Notes: generated by a model from the sequence alone, not told the origin. DNA of 64,000 bases from Thermoplasmatota archaeon (GCA_029259055.1 JAPDJP010000007.1:3289-67288), one strand, 5' to 3'; numbered from the stretch's first letter, positions 9,575 through 19,838 are shown. Made by a program: numbers and translations.

Positions 9575-10505
9575 GTTTCTTTATTCTTTCAACAACATTG
9601 GGATGAGATGAAAATAATTCCAACAATTTATCAGTTGTTGTTACTTTTGCTTTAGATGCAAAAACTTTTACTTCATATTCATCTAAATGGCCATCCAGAT
9701 TTAAATCAGCTTGTTTCAAATCAATTATATCTTTCCTCGCTCTTGATGGGTCTGTTGCGAAAAATGCTTTCATCCCTTCCGCCTCCTTTATTTTTTCTGG
9801 TCTTATAAAAGTTGTAGCTGTTGTTATCCTATATAATGCTGATGCAAGAGCATGTGGTTTTTTTGTAATCATAGCTGAACCGTAATCCGCATAATATTCT
9901 CTTATCCTACTAACATATAAAACAATTAAATTCGTTATCAAATATACAGCAAAAGCAACAAAGGCAATCAACATTGAGCCCTCGCTCCTCCTCCTTCCCC
10001 ATAAAAAACTCCAAAAGGCTAAATAGCATATTAGAGGAATCACTGACAAGGTAGTTATCACAACCATGTCTCTATGTTTTAAATGTGAAATTTCATGTCC
10101 CAAAACAGCTTCCAATTCTTCTTTATTCAATATTTTAAGTAATCCTCTCGTTACACAAACTCTCCCATCTTTTAAACTTCTTCCGAAAGCAAAAGCATTG
10201 GGTAAATCAATATTTGCTATCCCTACTTTTGGCATTGGAACATTGGCTTCCTTAGCAAGCCTCTCAACCATTCCATATAATTCAGGATTATCCTCTCTCC
10301 TAATATACCTAACTCTCATTGATGCCTCAACAATTTTTGGACTAACCGCATATTGTAAAATAACAATAAACACGGCAATAATTGCAAGAAAAATTGGTTG
10401 GGCATATCCCAAAAAGTATGCAATCAAAACAAGCAAACCATAAATTATCGCAAATAATAAAGCAATGGCCAGCAGGAGGCGTGTATAAAGCCATATTTTC
10501 CTCAT
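9555..10505 (-). CDS. htpX: HtpX-like M48 zinc metalloprotease (membrane)
   Basis: 316 aa. N-terminal TM helices, HEISHLKHRD zinc motif, two further TM helices and a C-terminal HP...R segment. Confidence 0.85.
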   Translation of the reverse strand: MRKIWLYTRLLLAIALLFAIIYGLLVLIAYFLGYAQPIFLAIIAVFIVILQYAVSPKIVEASMRVRYIRREDNPELYGMVERLAKEANVPMPKVGIANIDLPNAFAFGRSLKDGRVCVTRGLLKILNKEELEAVLGHEISHLKHRDMVVITTLSVIPLICYLAFWSFLWGRRRSEGSMLIAFVAFAVYLITNLIVLYVSRIREYYADYGSAMITKKPHALASALYRITTATTFIRPEKIKEAEGMKAFFATDPSRARKDIIDLKQADLNLDGHLDEYEVKVFASKAKVTTTDKLLELFSSHPNVVERIKKLAELEE

Positions 10506-10559
10506 TGTCCAAAATATTAGGCTTGTTATTAATACTTTACTTTCATTTTATTTAAATCA

Positions 10560-11354
10560 TCATTTAAATTCATCTTTTGATAGTAAGATTAAAACCAATG
10601 CAACAATGCTGAGTATTGAGCCGATGAAAAAACCAATAGATATTATACCAAATATTGCTCCAACAATTGCTATAACAAAATATTTTTTGAGAAAACAAAA
10701 TATACCTCCTATTAGTGCTGGAATTGATACCATTACAAATAGTATTGCCAGATAAGGAAAAAACTTGATAATTATCGCAAATGCTGTTTTTTCTTTCACT
10801 TCCCCCTCTCCTTTTTTCATTATAAACTTATCTTTTAATGCGGGTAAATTTGCCGGCATAACAAAAATTTCCGCTACTACGGTTTTATATCCTTCCTTTT
10901 CCAGCCTAATTACATGTTTTCCAGCAGATATATTAGTTAGAGAAAAGTAACCTTTTGCATCTGTTTTAGCAACCAATTTTGTAGTATTATCAATTAAATA
11001 TACTGATACATTCTCGATCGGGTTTTCTTCCTCATCATAAACTTCTCCCTGATAAAATCCTTCTCCTTTAAATGCTTTCTCTGCAAAAAATATGGATGTT
11101 CCCATAGCTATTCCAAGTATAAAAACAATTATTAATAAGGAGCCAGCTATTAAGGGCTTTGAGGATGGCCTATATTTAACGAGAGGATGTATTGGACTTT
11201 CCCATTCTTTCTCCTTCTTTTCTCCAGTAGAAACATCAACCTTTATATCCATCCCACAGTTTGGGCATTTAGTCAATTGCAATCCTTTTGCTCCATCTGG
11301 TACTTCGACTACAACATTTTTATTACAATATGGACATTTTGTCTTACCTCGCAT
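10560..11354 (-). CDS. Membrane protein with N-terminal MJ0042-like zinc ribbon and carboxypeptidase-regulatory-like beta domain
   Basis: CPYCNKNV...CPNCG ribbon, a TM helix, GYFSLTNISAGKHVIRLEKEGYKT (CarboxypepD_reg-like), and C-terminal multi-TM. Start placed at Met37 (ATG 11352-11354) to avoid overlapping the divergent gene. The ORF track extends to 11462. Confidence 0.5.
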   Translation of the reverse strand: MRGKTKCPYCNKNVVVEVPDGAKGLQLTKCPNCGMDIKVDVSTGEKKEKEWESPIHPLVKYRPSSKPLIAGSLLIIVFILGIAMGTSIFFAEKAFKGEGFYQGEVYDEEENPIENVSVYLIDNTTKLVAKTDAKGYFSLTNISAGKHVIRLEKEGYKTVVAEIFVMPANLPALKDKFIMKKGEGEVKEKTAFAIIIKFFPYLAILFVMVSIPALIGGIFCFLKKYFVIAIVGAIFGIISIGFFIGSILSIVALVLILLSKDEFK

Positions 11355-11412
11355 TGAATCTAATATTGACAAAATATAAGTAAATTTCCAAAGGTTTTTT
11401 AATGGCTTTAAT

Positions 11413-12579
11413 ATGTGCATTGTGCTCTTGCAAATCATATTATTTATATTGTTTCCAATCATCCTTATTTTGGCGATTTCTTTATTTTTCTTTTTATATC
11501 CAGAAACTCTGAATAAAGTGGGCTTTGGAAAAAGGGAAACAGGCTTGTTGATCGTTGGCTCCGCATCAACGATGTTCTTTGATTTGCCATTATTTATTTA
11601 CAAAGATTATTTTTTAGCTCTAAATATTGGGGGAGCTTTAATTCCGATTATACTTTCATTTTATTTCATTAAACAAAATTCCATTTCTCCTTTAAAAATA
11701 ATTACGGGTATTTTGCTTATATCATTTTCAACTTATATGGTTACAACTGTTACGGAAGAAGGGGTAATATCATATTTTCCATTTTATTTTCTTCCTCCCA
11801 TTCTATCTTTATTATTGTCTCTGCTGTTTTTCTTTCGCTCTCCCGTGGCTCCTATCTACTCATATTCTATATCTACGCTTGGAGTAATAATAGGAGGGGA
11901 TTTATCGCATCTTCCAGAACTTTTTGAAAAACCTTTTATGGGTTCTATGGGGGGTGCGGGATTATATGATATGGTGTACTTGGCTGGCTTAATTTCTTTT
12001 TGTCTTGCTTTTCCTTTTGTTAAGAAAAGGAGGGAAAATAAGATTGACAGATTAACTAAAAAATTTAGGAGAGAATTGTATTTTGCGGAAAGATTGACTG
12101 GAGAAAAATTATATTATAAACTGGAAGGTAAAACATATAGGGAAATAAAAAAAGAGGTATATAGAATCATAAATGATATAAACAGGAAAATTTGGTTATT
12201 TGCCGACCCTGTAAGCAGAAGCGTAGCTTTTGCTATAGATTTTCTCATAATTTTTGTTATTTCTATTTTAATTTACATTTATTTTTCCCTATCTTTTTAT
12301 TTTTTTATTTCAATATTGCTTTCCCTTAAAATTGTATATTTTACGGTATTGGAAACAATTTTTGGTTATACAGTTGGAAAAGCAATTATGGATATTGAAG
12401 TAAGAAATGTGGAGAATAAGCCCATTGATTTTATGAGTGCTTTTACTAGAAATATAATAAGGCTTCTGGAATTTTTCATGTTTTTTTATCTTATTAGTAT
12501 TGCTCTAATAATGGCAACACCAAAAAAGCAAAGAATAGGCGATATGATTGCAGATAGTTTAGTTGTAAGGGTGGTATAA
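11413..12579 (+). CDS. Polytopic membrane protein, DUF1614-like N-terminal part fused to a C-terminal RDD domain
   Basis: 388 aa, highly hydrophobic. The C-terminal part has RDD-like features (SRSVAFAIDFLI...GKAIMDIEV...QRIGDMIADSLVV). Its stop overlaps the carS start (TAATG). Confidence 0.5.
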   Translation: MCIVLLQIILFILFPIILILAISLFFFLYPETLNKVGFGKRETGLLIVGSASTMFFDLPLFIYKDYFLALNIGGALIPIILSFYFIKQNSISPLKIITGILLISFSTYMVTTVTEEGVISYFPFYFLPPILSLLLSLLFFFRSPVAPIYSYSISTLGVIIGGDLSHLPELFEKPFMGSMGGAGLYDMVYLAGLISFCLAFPFVKKRRENKIDRLTKKFRRELYFAERLTGEKLYYKLEGKTYREIKKEVYRIINDINRKIWLFADPVSRSVAFAIDFLIIFVISILIYIYFSLSFYFFISILLSLKIVYFTVLETIFGYTVGKAIMDIEVRNVENKPIDFMSAFTRNIIRLLEFFMFFYLISIALIMATPKKQRIGDMIADSLVVRVV

Positions 12580-13097
12580 TGTTTGATTTATTAAAAGCAA
12601 TCTGGTTAATTTTTCCAGCATATGTAGCAAATGCTTCTGCTGTTGTGCTAAAAGGAAAGGTGCCAATTGATTTTGGGAAAAAACTGTGGGGAAAACCAAT
12701 TTTTGGCGAGGGGAAAACATGGCGGGGTTTTATAGGAGGAGGAATAGCAGGGATAATTGTGGGCTTAATAATGAATAGCATCTATCAAACCTTTGGAAAG
12801 GGTATAGAATCTTTTTATGTAATTTCTTCTCTCTCTTTTGGTGCTTTGACTGGAGATTTAATAAAAAGCTTTTTTAAAAGGAGGCTTGGGAAAAAAAGAG
12901 GGGAAAAATGGATAGTAATTGACCAAATCGATTTTTTACTTGGTGCTTTTTTATTTTCTTTTATTTTAAATAGAGATTGGTTTGTTTTAAATTTTAAATT
13001 AAGTTATATCATCTTTCTTTTAATTATAACTCCATTGATTCATTTAGCAACAAATATAATAGCCTATGCATTAAAATTAAAAAAAGTTCCATGGTGA
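12579..13097 (+). CDS. carS: CDP-archaeol synthase (CDP-2,3-bis-O-geranylgeranyl-sn-glycerol synthase, DUF46)
   Basis: 172 aa. IWLIFPAYVANASAV, GEGKTWRGFIGG, GDLIKSFFKRRLG and a C-terminal IAYALKLKKVPW match the CarS family pattern. Confidence 0.8.
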   Translation: MFDLLKAIWLIFPAYVANASAVVLKGKVPIDFGKKLWGKPIFGEGKTWRGFIGGGIAGIIVGLIMNSIYQTFGKGIESFYVISSLSFGALTGDLIKSFFKRRLGKKRGEKWIVIDQIDFLLGAFLFSFILNRDWFVLNFKLSYIIFLLIITPLIHLATNIIAYALKLKKVPW

Positions 13098-13399
13098 TTC
13101 AAATGGATGATGAATTAATTGAATTTGTTAAGGAAAAGATAAAGAAAAGAAAACTTGAAGAAATGAATAAGGAATTAATTGAATGGGCAAAAGAACATGG
13201 TATTGAAATAGAAGAAAAGAAAGAAGAAGAGGAAAAAATAGAAGGTAAATGTGAAATATGCGAAGTTAGGGATGCAAAATATAAATGCATAGAATGTGGT
13301 AAACTAGCTTGTTCCGCTTGTTTTTGGACAATGTTAGGGATTTGTAAAGAATGTGTTACAGAGAGGCAGATGAAAGAATGGAAGGATAAAGTGAGGTAA
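13091..13399 (+). CDS. Small Cys-rich zinc-finger protein (hypothetical)
   Basis: 102 aa. Acidic/Lys-rich N-terminus, then CEICEVRDAKYKCIECGKLACSACF...CKEC (8 Cys, B-box/treble-clef-like). Overlaps the carS 3' end by 7 nt, consistent with an operon. Confidence 0.45.
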   Translation: MVIQMDDELIEFVKEKIKKRKLEEMNKELIEWAKEHGIEIEEKKEEEEKIEGKCEICEVRDAKYKCIECGKLACSACFWTMLGICKECVTERQMKEWKDKVR

Positions 13400-13432
13400 A
13401 AAATAATATAAAGAAGAAGGAAATTACAAGCA

Positions 13433-14842
13433 ATGGGTGAAGAAGTTCTTAAACCTACCAAAGAAAAATTTGATGAATGGTATAATGAAATTGTTGAGAA
13501 GGCTGATTTATGTGACAAAAGATATCCAATAAAAGGAATGAATGTATGGAAACCATATGGTTGGAAATTAATGCAAAACATTGATAAGCTTATAAGAGAA
13601 GAAATGGAAAGAACAAATCACCAGGAAGTTTGTTTCCCTTTGCTCATTCCAGAAAGTTTTTTTAAAAAAGAGGAGGAGCATATAAAGGGATTTTCTTCTG
13701 AAGTTTATTGGGTTACCCATGCTGGGAAAAATGAATTGGAAGAAAGGTTGCTCCTGCGCCCTACGTCGGAAACCGCCTTATACCCTCTGTTTTCATTGTG
13801 GATTCGCTCCCATGCTGATTTGCCATTAAAAACTTTCCAAATTGTTAATACATTTAGATATGAAACAAAAATGACAAAGGCGTTTATTAGGGTAAGGGAG
13901 ATTCATTTTTTTGAAGCCCATACTTGTCATGAAAGTTTTGAGGATGCTGAAAAACAAATAAGGGAGGATTTGGAAATTGCCAAAAGATTTTTTAGAAAGC
14001 TTTGCATCCCATTTATTATTAGTAAAAGACCCGATTGGGATAAATTTGCAGGCGCTTTTTATTCAATTGGATTAGATGTTTTAATGCCATCTATGAAAAC
14101 TCTGCAAGTCGGTTCAATTCATCAATATAAACAAAATTTCTCAATACCTTTTGAAATAAAATTTGAAGGTAAAGATGGAAAGCATTACTACTGTCATCAA
14201 ACAACTTATGGAATGTCTGAAAGAGTTTTAGGAGCAATTATCGGAATCCATGGAGATGAAAGAGGTTTAAAAATTCCTTCCTCAATAGCTCCAATAAAAG
14301 TTGTCATTATTCCTATAATTTTTAAAGGATGGGAAGAGAAAATATTGGAAGAATGTAAAAAGTTGAAGAAAGAAATAGAAGAAATTGGTTTAACTTGTTT
14401 TTTAGATGCAAGAGATAAAACTCCAGGTAGCAAATTTTATGACTGGGAACTTAAAGGAGTTCCATTAAGAGTTGAAGTCGGGCCAAAAGATTTGGAAAAC
14501 AAGATGATTACCATATCACTAAGAGATGGAATAAAAAAGAAGATAAAAAGAGACGAAATTGAAAAACTTAAAGATGAATTAAAAGAATATGATGAAAGGA
14601 TATATAAAAAAGCGGAAGAATTTCTCCATAAAAATATACATGTTCTAAAAGAAATATGCAAAGACGCTGAAGGCATTGTTGAATTACCATGGTGTGGAAA
14701 GGAGGAATGCGGAAAAGAAATGGAGGAAAGAATGGATATGAAAAGCCTAGGGATTCCTTTACCAGAAAAAGAATGTAATGAAAAATGTGCAATATGTTCC
14801 GATAAAGCTACTACATGGCTAAGATTGGCTAGAACTTACTAG
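13433..14842 (+). CDS. proS: Prolyl-tRNA synthetase (archaeal/eukaryotic type)
   Basis: 469 aa. Class II motifs (LRPTSET, FRYE, QVGSIH..) and a C-terminal Zn-binding domain ending in ...LARTY, typical of archaeal ProRS. Confidence 0.95.
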   Translation: MGEEVLKPTKEKFDEWYNEIVEKADLCDKRYPIKGMNVWKPYGWKLMQNIDKLIREEMERTNHQEVCFPLLIPESFFKKEEEHIKGFSSEVYWVTHAGKNELEERLLLRPTSETALYPLFSLWIRSHADLPLKTFQIVNTFRYETKMTKAFIRVREIHFFEAHTCHESFEDAEKQIREDLEIAKRFFRKLCIPFIISKRPDWDKFAGAFYSIGLDVLMPSMKTLQVGSIHQYKQNFSIPFEIKFEGKDGKHYYCHQTTYGMSERVLGAIIGIHGDERGLKIPSSIAPIKVVIIPIIFKGWEEKILEECKKLKKEIEEIGLTCFLDARDKTPGSKFYDWELKGVPLRVEVGPKDLENKMITISLRDGIKKKIKRDEIEKLKDELKEYDERIYKKAEEFLHKNIHVLKEICKDAEGIVELPWCGKEECGKEMEERMDMKSLGIPLPEKECNEKCAICSDKATTWLRLARTY

Positions 14843-15079
14843 CTTTTTCAGTTTTTTTATAGTCCCTGATGTTTTTATCGTTTTTAGACCTTTCTTATTT
14901 AAAAAATCAATTGTTTCTTCTTTTTCGATGTGTTTGCATTTTACTATTCCATATTTCCCGTCATAAAAGGATAATTTTAACTTTCGCTCTTTTAATATAT
15001 CATACAATCTTTCCTTTTTTATTCCATTTACTATAAACAGTATATATCTTTGTCTTCCGATTTTTTCCTTAACAACCAT
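14819..15079 (-). CDS. RNase P protein component 2 (Pop5/Rpp14-like), unusually short
   Basis: 86 aa. RYILFIV, YGIVKCKH and SGTIKKLKK match the three conserved blocks of archaeal Pop5 (RYI.F, GIVRC, SGTIKRLK). Confidence 0.5.
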   Translation of the reverse strand: MVVKEKIGRQRYILFIVNGIKKERLYDILKERKLKLSFYDGKYGIVKCKHIEKEETIDFLNKKGLKTIKTSGTIKKLKKLVSSSQS

Positions 15080-15081
15080 TA

Positions 15082-15306
15082 TTATATTTCGCCAAATTCT
15101 TCTTGTAAATCAATAAAAAGTTCTCTCAACAAATCTTCAAATACCATATTTCTATATTCTCTTGTCCCTCCCTGCGTCTGCATTCTCGCTATGAACTCGC
15201 TCCCCTCTCTCAATATTTCTATTCTACAAAGGCTTTCCTCTACCATGCTTCCACTGTATATATATTGTTTATATAATTTTTTTGCTTTGTTGGTCTTTGA
15301 TTCCAT
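15082..15306 (-). CDS. Hypothetical small protein
   Basis: 74-aa ORF placed 3 nt upstream of, and co-directional with, the Pop5-like gene. No motif recognised. Confidence 0.3.
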   Translation of the reverse strand: MESKTNKAKKLYKQYIYSGSMVEESLCRIEILREGSEFIARMQTQGGTREYRNMVFEDLLRELFIDLQEEFGEI

Positions 15307-15346
15307 AATGTTTTATGTTTATTGTAGACACCAAAATTCAAATAAT

Positions 15347-15354
15347 TTTAAATA
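15347..15354 (+). promoter_or_regulatory. Candidate archaeal TATA box for hppA
   Basis: TTTAAATA centred about 24 nt upstream of the hppA ATG at 15374. The spacing fits a leaderless or short-leader archaeal transcript. By eye only. Confidence 0.3.
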
Positions 15355-15373
15355 ACAAATTATCTTTTCTTTT

Positions 15374-17338
15374 ATGCTTCATATATTCCCAGTAATTGCA
15401 GGGATATCTGCAATCTTATCCGCAATTGCTCTGGCAATTTATATCATAAAAAAGCCAGCAGGCAATGAAAAAATGAGAGAAATTTCTGGTGTTATACAAA
15501 AAGGGGCAATTGCTTTTTTAAAGGAGGAATACAAAGTCATTGTAATATTTGTTGCAATAGTATTCATAATTTTGCTTACCGCAAGCTTTTATATTGATTT
15601 ACCATGGCAAACTTCCCTGGCTTTTCTCACGGGAGCATTTTTTTCTGCTTTGGCTGGAAATATTGGAATGAGAATAGCAACAAAAGCAAATGCGAGAGCG
15701 GCTGAGGCTGTTAAACAAGGAATAAGAAATGGTTTGCTTGTTGCTTTTTCTTCTGGCGCAGTAATGGGGCTCTGTGTTGTTGGTCTGGGGATAATTGGTG
15801 TCACTATCTATTATTTTTTTAAAAATCCCACCATTCTTTTTGGATTTGGTTTTGGAGCAAGTAGCATAGCTCTGTTTGCAAGAGTAGGAGGAGGAATATA
15901 TACAAAGTCTGCAGATATAGGGGCGGATTTAGTTGGAAAAGTTGAAAAAGGCATACCAGAGGATGACCCTCGCAACCCCGCAGTTATAGCTGATAATGTA
16001 GGCGATAATGTTGGAGATGTGGCTGGAATGGGAGCAGATTTGTTTGAGTCTTATGTTGATTCAATAATATCTGCGATTACTTTGGCTGGATTAGTTGCCT
16101 ATGCATATGCGAGTTTATATCCATTAATTATAGCAAGCCTTGGAATATTTGCTTCTATAACCGCTATGATATTTATTAGAGGAAAAAATTTATATTCGGC
16201 GATGAGAAATGGGCTATTTAGCTCCGCAATTATTTTTTCCATTTTAGCATTTATTACGACTCATTTCATTATAGGAAAATATGAACCATTTTTTGCAACA
16301 TTAGTTGGATTAATAGATGGGCTGATAATTGGAATATCTACAGAATATTTTACTTCAGAGCAAAAAAAACCTGCCCAAAGCATCGCAAAAGCAGCCCAAA
16401 CAGGAGCTGCAACAGATATACTCCAAGGAATGTCAATTGGAATGCTTAGTACAGCTATTCCAATTGTTTCAACATGCGTTGCAATGATTCTGGCATACGA
16501 GTTAGCACAATTTTATGGAGTAGCTATGGCAGCGGTAGGGATGCTTGCAACACTTGGCATATCTTTAGCAACAGATTGTTACGGGCCTGTGGCGGACAAT
16601 GCAGCTGGTATAGCGGAAATGGCTAACTTAGGTGAGGAAATTAGAAAAAGAACAGAAGCTTTAGATGCGGTAGGGAATACAACGGCTGCGATGGGAAAAG
16701 GTTTTGCAATAGGCTCCGCAGCTATAACGGCTTTGGCTTTACTTTTTACATTTGCAGAAAAAGCAAAAGAATTCGTTAGCTTGGATTTAAAGTTAACCTC
16801 CCCCTACTTACTTTCTGGAATATTTATTGGAGCGATGCTCCCTTTCATTTTTTCGGCATTGACAATAGGAGCGGTTGGAAAAGCAGCAAGTAAAATGGTT
16901 GAGGAAGTTAGAAGACAATTTAGAGAGTATAAAATATTGGAGGGAAAGGGTCAACCAGATTATGAAAAATGCGTAAGAATAGCGACAAAAGGCGCTTTAA
17001 AAGAAATGATTTTGCCATCTTCAATGGCAGTGATTGTGCCAATAATTGTTGGTATATGGAAAATAGAGGCATTAATTGGCTTGTTAGCTGGCGCAACAGC
17101 AACCGGCTTTTTGCTTGCTATATTTCTTGCAAATGCTGGAGGAGCCTGGGATAATGCGAAAAAATTTATCGAGGCTGGAAATTTTGGAGGGAAGGGAAGT
17201 TTCGCCCATAAAGCAGCTGTTGTTGGTGATACTGTTGGAGATCCTTGTAAAGATACAGCCGGTCCTTCTCTGAACATTCTTATAAAATTGATGTCAATAG
17301 TCAGTCTAGTTTTCCTCCCACTATTTGCAAAATTATAG
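15374..17338 (+). CDS. hppA: Membrane-bound proton/sodium-translocating pyrophosphatase
   Basis: 654 aa polytopic protein with the signature [18 protein letters not shown], plus DNVGD and [17 protein letters not shown] motifs. Confidence 0.95.
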   Translation: MLHIFPVIAGISAILSAIALAIYIIKKPAGNEKMREISGVIQKGAIAFLKEEYKVIVIFVAIVFIILLTASFYIDLPWQTSLAFLTGAFFSALAGNIGMRIATKANARAAEAVKQGIRNGLLVAFSSGAVMGLCVVGLGIIGVTIYYFFKNPTILFGFGFGASSIALFARVGGGIYTKSADIGADLVGKVEKGIPEDDPRNPAVIADNVGDNVGDVAGMGADLFESYVDSIISAITLAGLVAYAYASLYPLIIASLGIFASITAMIFIRGKNLYSAMRNGLFSSAIIFSILAFITTHFIIGKYEPFFATLVGLIDGLIIGISTEYFTSEQKKPAQSIAKAAQTGAATDILQGMSIGMLSTAIPIVSTCVAMILAYELAQFYGVAMAAVGMLATLGISLATDCYGPVADNAAGIAEMANLGEEIRKRTEALDAVGNTTAAMGKGFAIGSAAITALALLFTFAEKAKEFVSLDLKLTSPYLLSGIFIGAMLPFIFSALTIGAVGKAASKMVEEVRRQFREYKILEGKGQPDYEKCVRIATKGALKEMILPSSMAVIVPIIVGIWKIEALIGLLAGATATGFLLAIFLANAGGAWDNAKKFIEAGNFGGKGSFAHKAAVVGDTVGDPCKDTAGPSLNILIKLMSIVSLVFLPLFAKL

Positions 17339-17386
17339 GTGCAAAGGAATTACGGCGATTTTCCTCGCCATTCTATCCTTTGCACC
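17338..17386 (+). terminator. Nested GC-rich hairpin followed by a T-run, directly after the hppA stop
   Basis: GGTGCAAAGGA (17338-17348) pairs perfectly with TCCTTTGCACC (17376-17386). An inner GGCGA/TCGCC stem lies in the loop. CATTTTTAT follows. Confidence 0.4.
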
Positions 17387-17429
17387 CATTTTTATAATTC
17401 TATTTCTTAATAAATTTTTTGTTTCCATT

Positions 17430-18578
17430 TTACTTATTCCACATAGGAGATATTCTTCTTAGTTTCTCGATTACTTTTGGAATAACATCTAAAAAATAGT
17501 CTATTTCTTCTTCCTTATTTTCCCTTCCTAAGGTTATTCTTAAGGAGCCATGAGCTTCCTCAGGCTTTAAACCAATAGCTAATAAAACATGTGATGGCTG
17601 TAATTTTTTTGAAGAACAAGCTGAGCCAGTTGATGCGGCAATGCCATATGAATCCAACATCAAAATTAAACTCTCTCCTTCGATGCCTCTAAAATAAAAA
17701 CTTGCATGATTTGGTAATCTCTTTTCTGGATGTCCCGTTAAATAAGCTTCTTCTATTTCCAAAACATTTTTTATTATTTTATCCCTCAATTTTTTCATTC
17801 TTTCTACATCTTCTTTCATTTTTTTCATTGCGATTTCGCAAGCTTTTGCAAAACCAACTATCCCTGAAATATTTTCTGTTGATGAGCGTAGCCCCTTTTC
17901 ATGTCCTCCTCCATGTAAAATTGGCTCTATTTTTATTCCTCTTTTTATATATAAAGCACCAACTCCTTTTGGTCCATATATTTTATGAGAAGATATGGAA
18001 AGCATGTCAACATTCATTTTTTTAACATCGATACTTATCTTGCCAACTGTTTGGACTGCATCAGTATGGAAAACTATATTATTTTTTTTGGCAATTTTCC
18101 CTATCTCTTCTATTGGCTCAATTGTTCCAATTTCATTATTTGCATGCATTATTGTAATTAAAATTGTATCATCTCTTATTTCTTTTTCAACATCTTCTGG
18201 ATTCACCATTCCATACTTATCAACTGGTAAATAAGTTACATCAAATCCTTTCTTTTCTAAATATTTACAAGTTTCCAAAACCGCCGGATGTTCAATTTTA
18301 CTCGTTATAATATGTCCTTTCCCGTGCATAAAAGCGATTCCTTTTATCGCCATATTATCGCTTTCTGTTCCCCCACCAGTAAAAACTATTTCATCTGCAT
18401 CAGCATTTATTAATGCAGCAACTTTTTCCCTGCTTTTTTCTAATGCTTCTTTTGCCTCTCTTCCCCAAGAATGTAAGCTGGATGCATTACCAAATTTTTT
18501 ATTAAAAAAATCTATCATTGCATCTAATACTTCCTTATCTACGGGAGTTGTAGCAGCATGGTCTAAATATACTTTCAT
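17430..18578 (-). CDS. Cysteine desulfurase (NifS/IscS family, PLP-dependent)
   Basis: 382 aa. PLP-lysine motif SSHKIYGPKG, catalytic loop STGSACSS, and the typical start MKVYLDHAATTP. Confidence 0.9.
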   Translation of the reverse strand: MKVYLDHAATTPVDKEVLDAMIDFFNKKFGNASSLHSWGREAKEALEKSREKVAALINADADEIVFTGGGTESDNMAIKGIAFMHGKGHIITSKIEHPAVLETCKYLEKKGFDVTYLPVDKYGMVNPEDVEKEIRDDTILITIMHANNEIGTIEPIEEIGKIAKKNNIVFHTDAVQTVGKISIDVKKMNVDMLSISSHKIYGPKGVGALYIKRGIKIEPILHGGGHEKGLRSSTENISGIVGFAKACEIAMKKMKEDVERMKKLRDKIIKNVLEIEEAYLTGHPEKRLPNHASFYFRGIEGESLILMLDSYGIAASTGSACSSKKLQPSHVLLAIGLKPEEAHGSLRITLGRENKEEEIDYFLDVIPKVIEKLRRISPMWNK

Positions 18579-18619
18579 ATTACACCGTAATAGTTATAAA
18601 CATAAAAGATTTTCTATTT

Positions 18620-18937
18620 ATGAAATTTCCGTGCGAGGAAATTGCCAATAAAATAATTCCCGCCATTAGAGCAGAAATTGCAGTTAGGTTAGCAAAAGAC
18701 TATGGAATGAAACAGGTGGAAATCTCAAAAATTTTAGGGATAACACAAGGTGCTGTGAGCCATTATATAACTTCATTTAGAGGAAAGGAAAGAGAAGTTA
18801 TCGAAAAAAACCCTGACATAAAGAAAAAAATTGATGAAATAACGAAATTGCTTGTGAATGGAAGGGATATTGAAGGAAAAATATGTGAAATTTGTAGAGA
18901 ATTAAGATTCTCTTCCAATTTTAAGCATTTTTTCTAA
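18620..18937 (+). CDS. Small HTH transcriptional regulator (XRE/COG2522-like)
   Basis: 105 aa. QVEISKILGITQGAVSHY helix-turn-helix and a C-terminal CEIC pair. Divergent from the cysteine desulfurase gene. Confidence 0.55.
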   Translation: MKFPCEEIANKIIPAIRAEIAVRLAKDYGMKQVEISKILGITQGAVSHYITSFRGKEREVIEKNPDIKKKIDEITKLLVNGRDIEGKICEICRELRFSSNFKHFF

Positions 18938-19792
18938 AGGAATGCTCGCTTTTTCTATAATTTCTTTGCTTATTTTAATTTCTGGTTTCATTTTTTCTAA
19001 ACTTTTAATAACCTTTTCCAAAGTGATTTTTTTCATTGTTGGACAAACCGCATTTTCAATTGCATAAAATTTCTTCTGAGGCATTTCCTTTTTCATTCTA
19101 TAACATAAATCTTTCTCACTCGCAACAATAAATTCTTCTGATGAAGATTTCATAGCATATTTAACCATTCCTTCTGTTGATGCAACTTCATTTGCTATAT
19201 CTATAATTTCTTCTGTACATTCTGGATGAGCTAATATTTCCGCATTTGGATGCTTTTCCTTTAGCTTTATAATATCTTTTTTGGTTATGCCCAAATGGGT
19301 TGGGCAAAAACCTGGCCATAAAATCATGTCTTTATCGACAAATCTTTTTACATATTTTCCTAGATTTTCATCTGGAACAAAAATAACGCCATTTGGCATG
19401 CTTTTAACCACTTTAACAGCATTAGCGGAAGTGCAACATATATCGCTTATCGCTTTTACTTCCGCAGTAGTATTAATATATGAAACTATATCATAACCAT
19501 ATTTCTTTTTCCAATATAACAAAGCATCAACATCCACCATCGCCGCCATGGGGCATTTTGCTGTTTCATCGGGAAATAAAACGATTTTGTCAGGATTTAT
19601 TATTTTTGCAGATTGAGCCATAAAATCAACACCACAAAAAACAATAACATCTGCATCGGTTTGTCTGGCTTTCATTGCCAATGCTAAAGAATCACCCACA
19701 AAATCTGCAACATCTTGTATTTCTGGGCGCTGATAATTATGAGCAAGTATAATTGCATTTCTTCTTTTTTTCAATTTTTCTAATTCATCCAC
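18902..19792 (-). CDS. nadA: Quinolinate synthase
   Basis: 296 aa. ILAHNYQ, DFVGDS, CPMA and HPEC motifs (three cluster Cys regions) typical of NadA. Confidence 0.9.
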   Translation of the reverse strand: MDELEKLKKRRNAIILAHNYQRPEIQDVADFVGDSLALAMKARQTDADVIVFCGVDFMAQSAKIINPDKIVLFPDETAKCPMAAMVDVDALLYWKKKYGYDIVSYINTTAEVKAISDICCTSANAVKVVKSMPNGVIFVPDENLGKYVKRFVDKDMILWPGFCPTHLGITKKDIIKLKEKHPNAEILAHPECTEEIIDIANEVASTEGMVKYAMKSSSEEFIVASEKDLCYRMKKEMPQKKFYAIENAVCPTMKKITLEKVIKSLEKMKPEIKISKEIIEKASIPLEKMLKIGRES

Positions 19793-19838
19793 AATTTGTA
19801 TAGCGAAAGTATTATAAATGTTTGTATGTTAGAATTTC

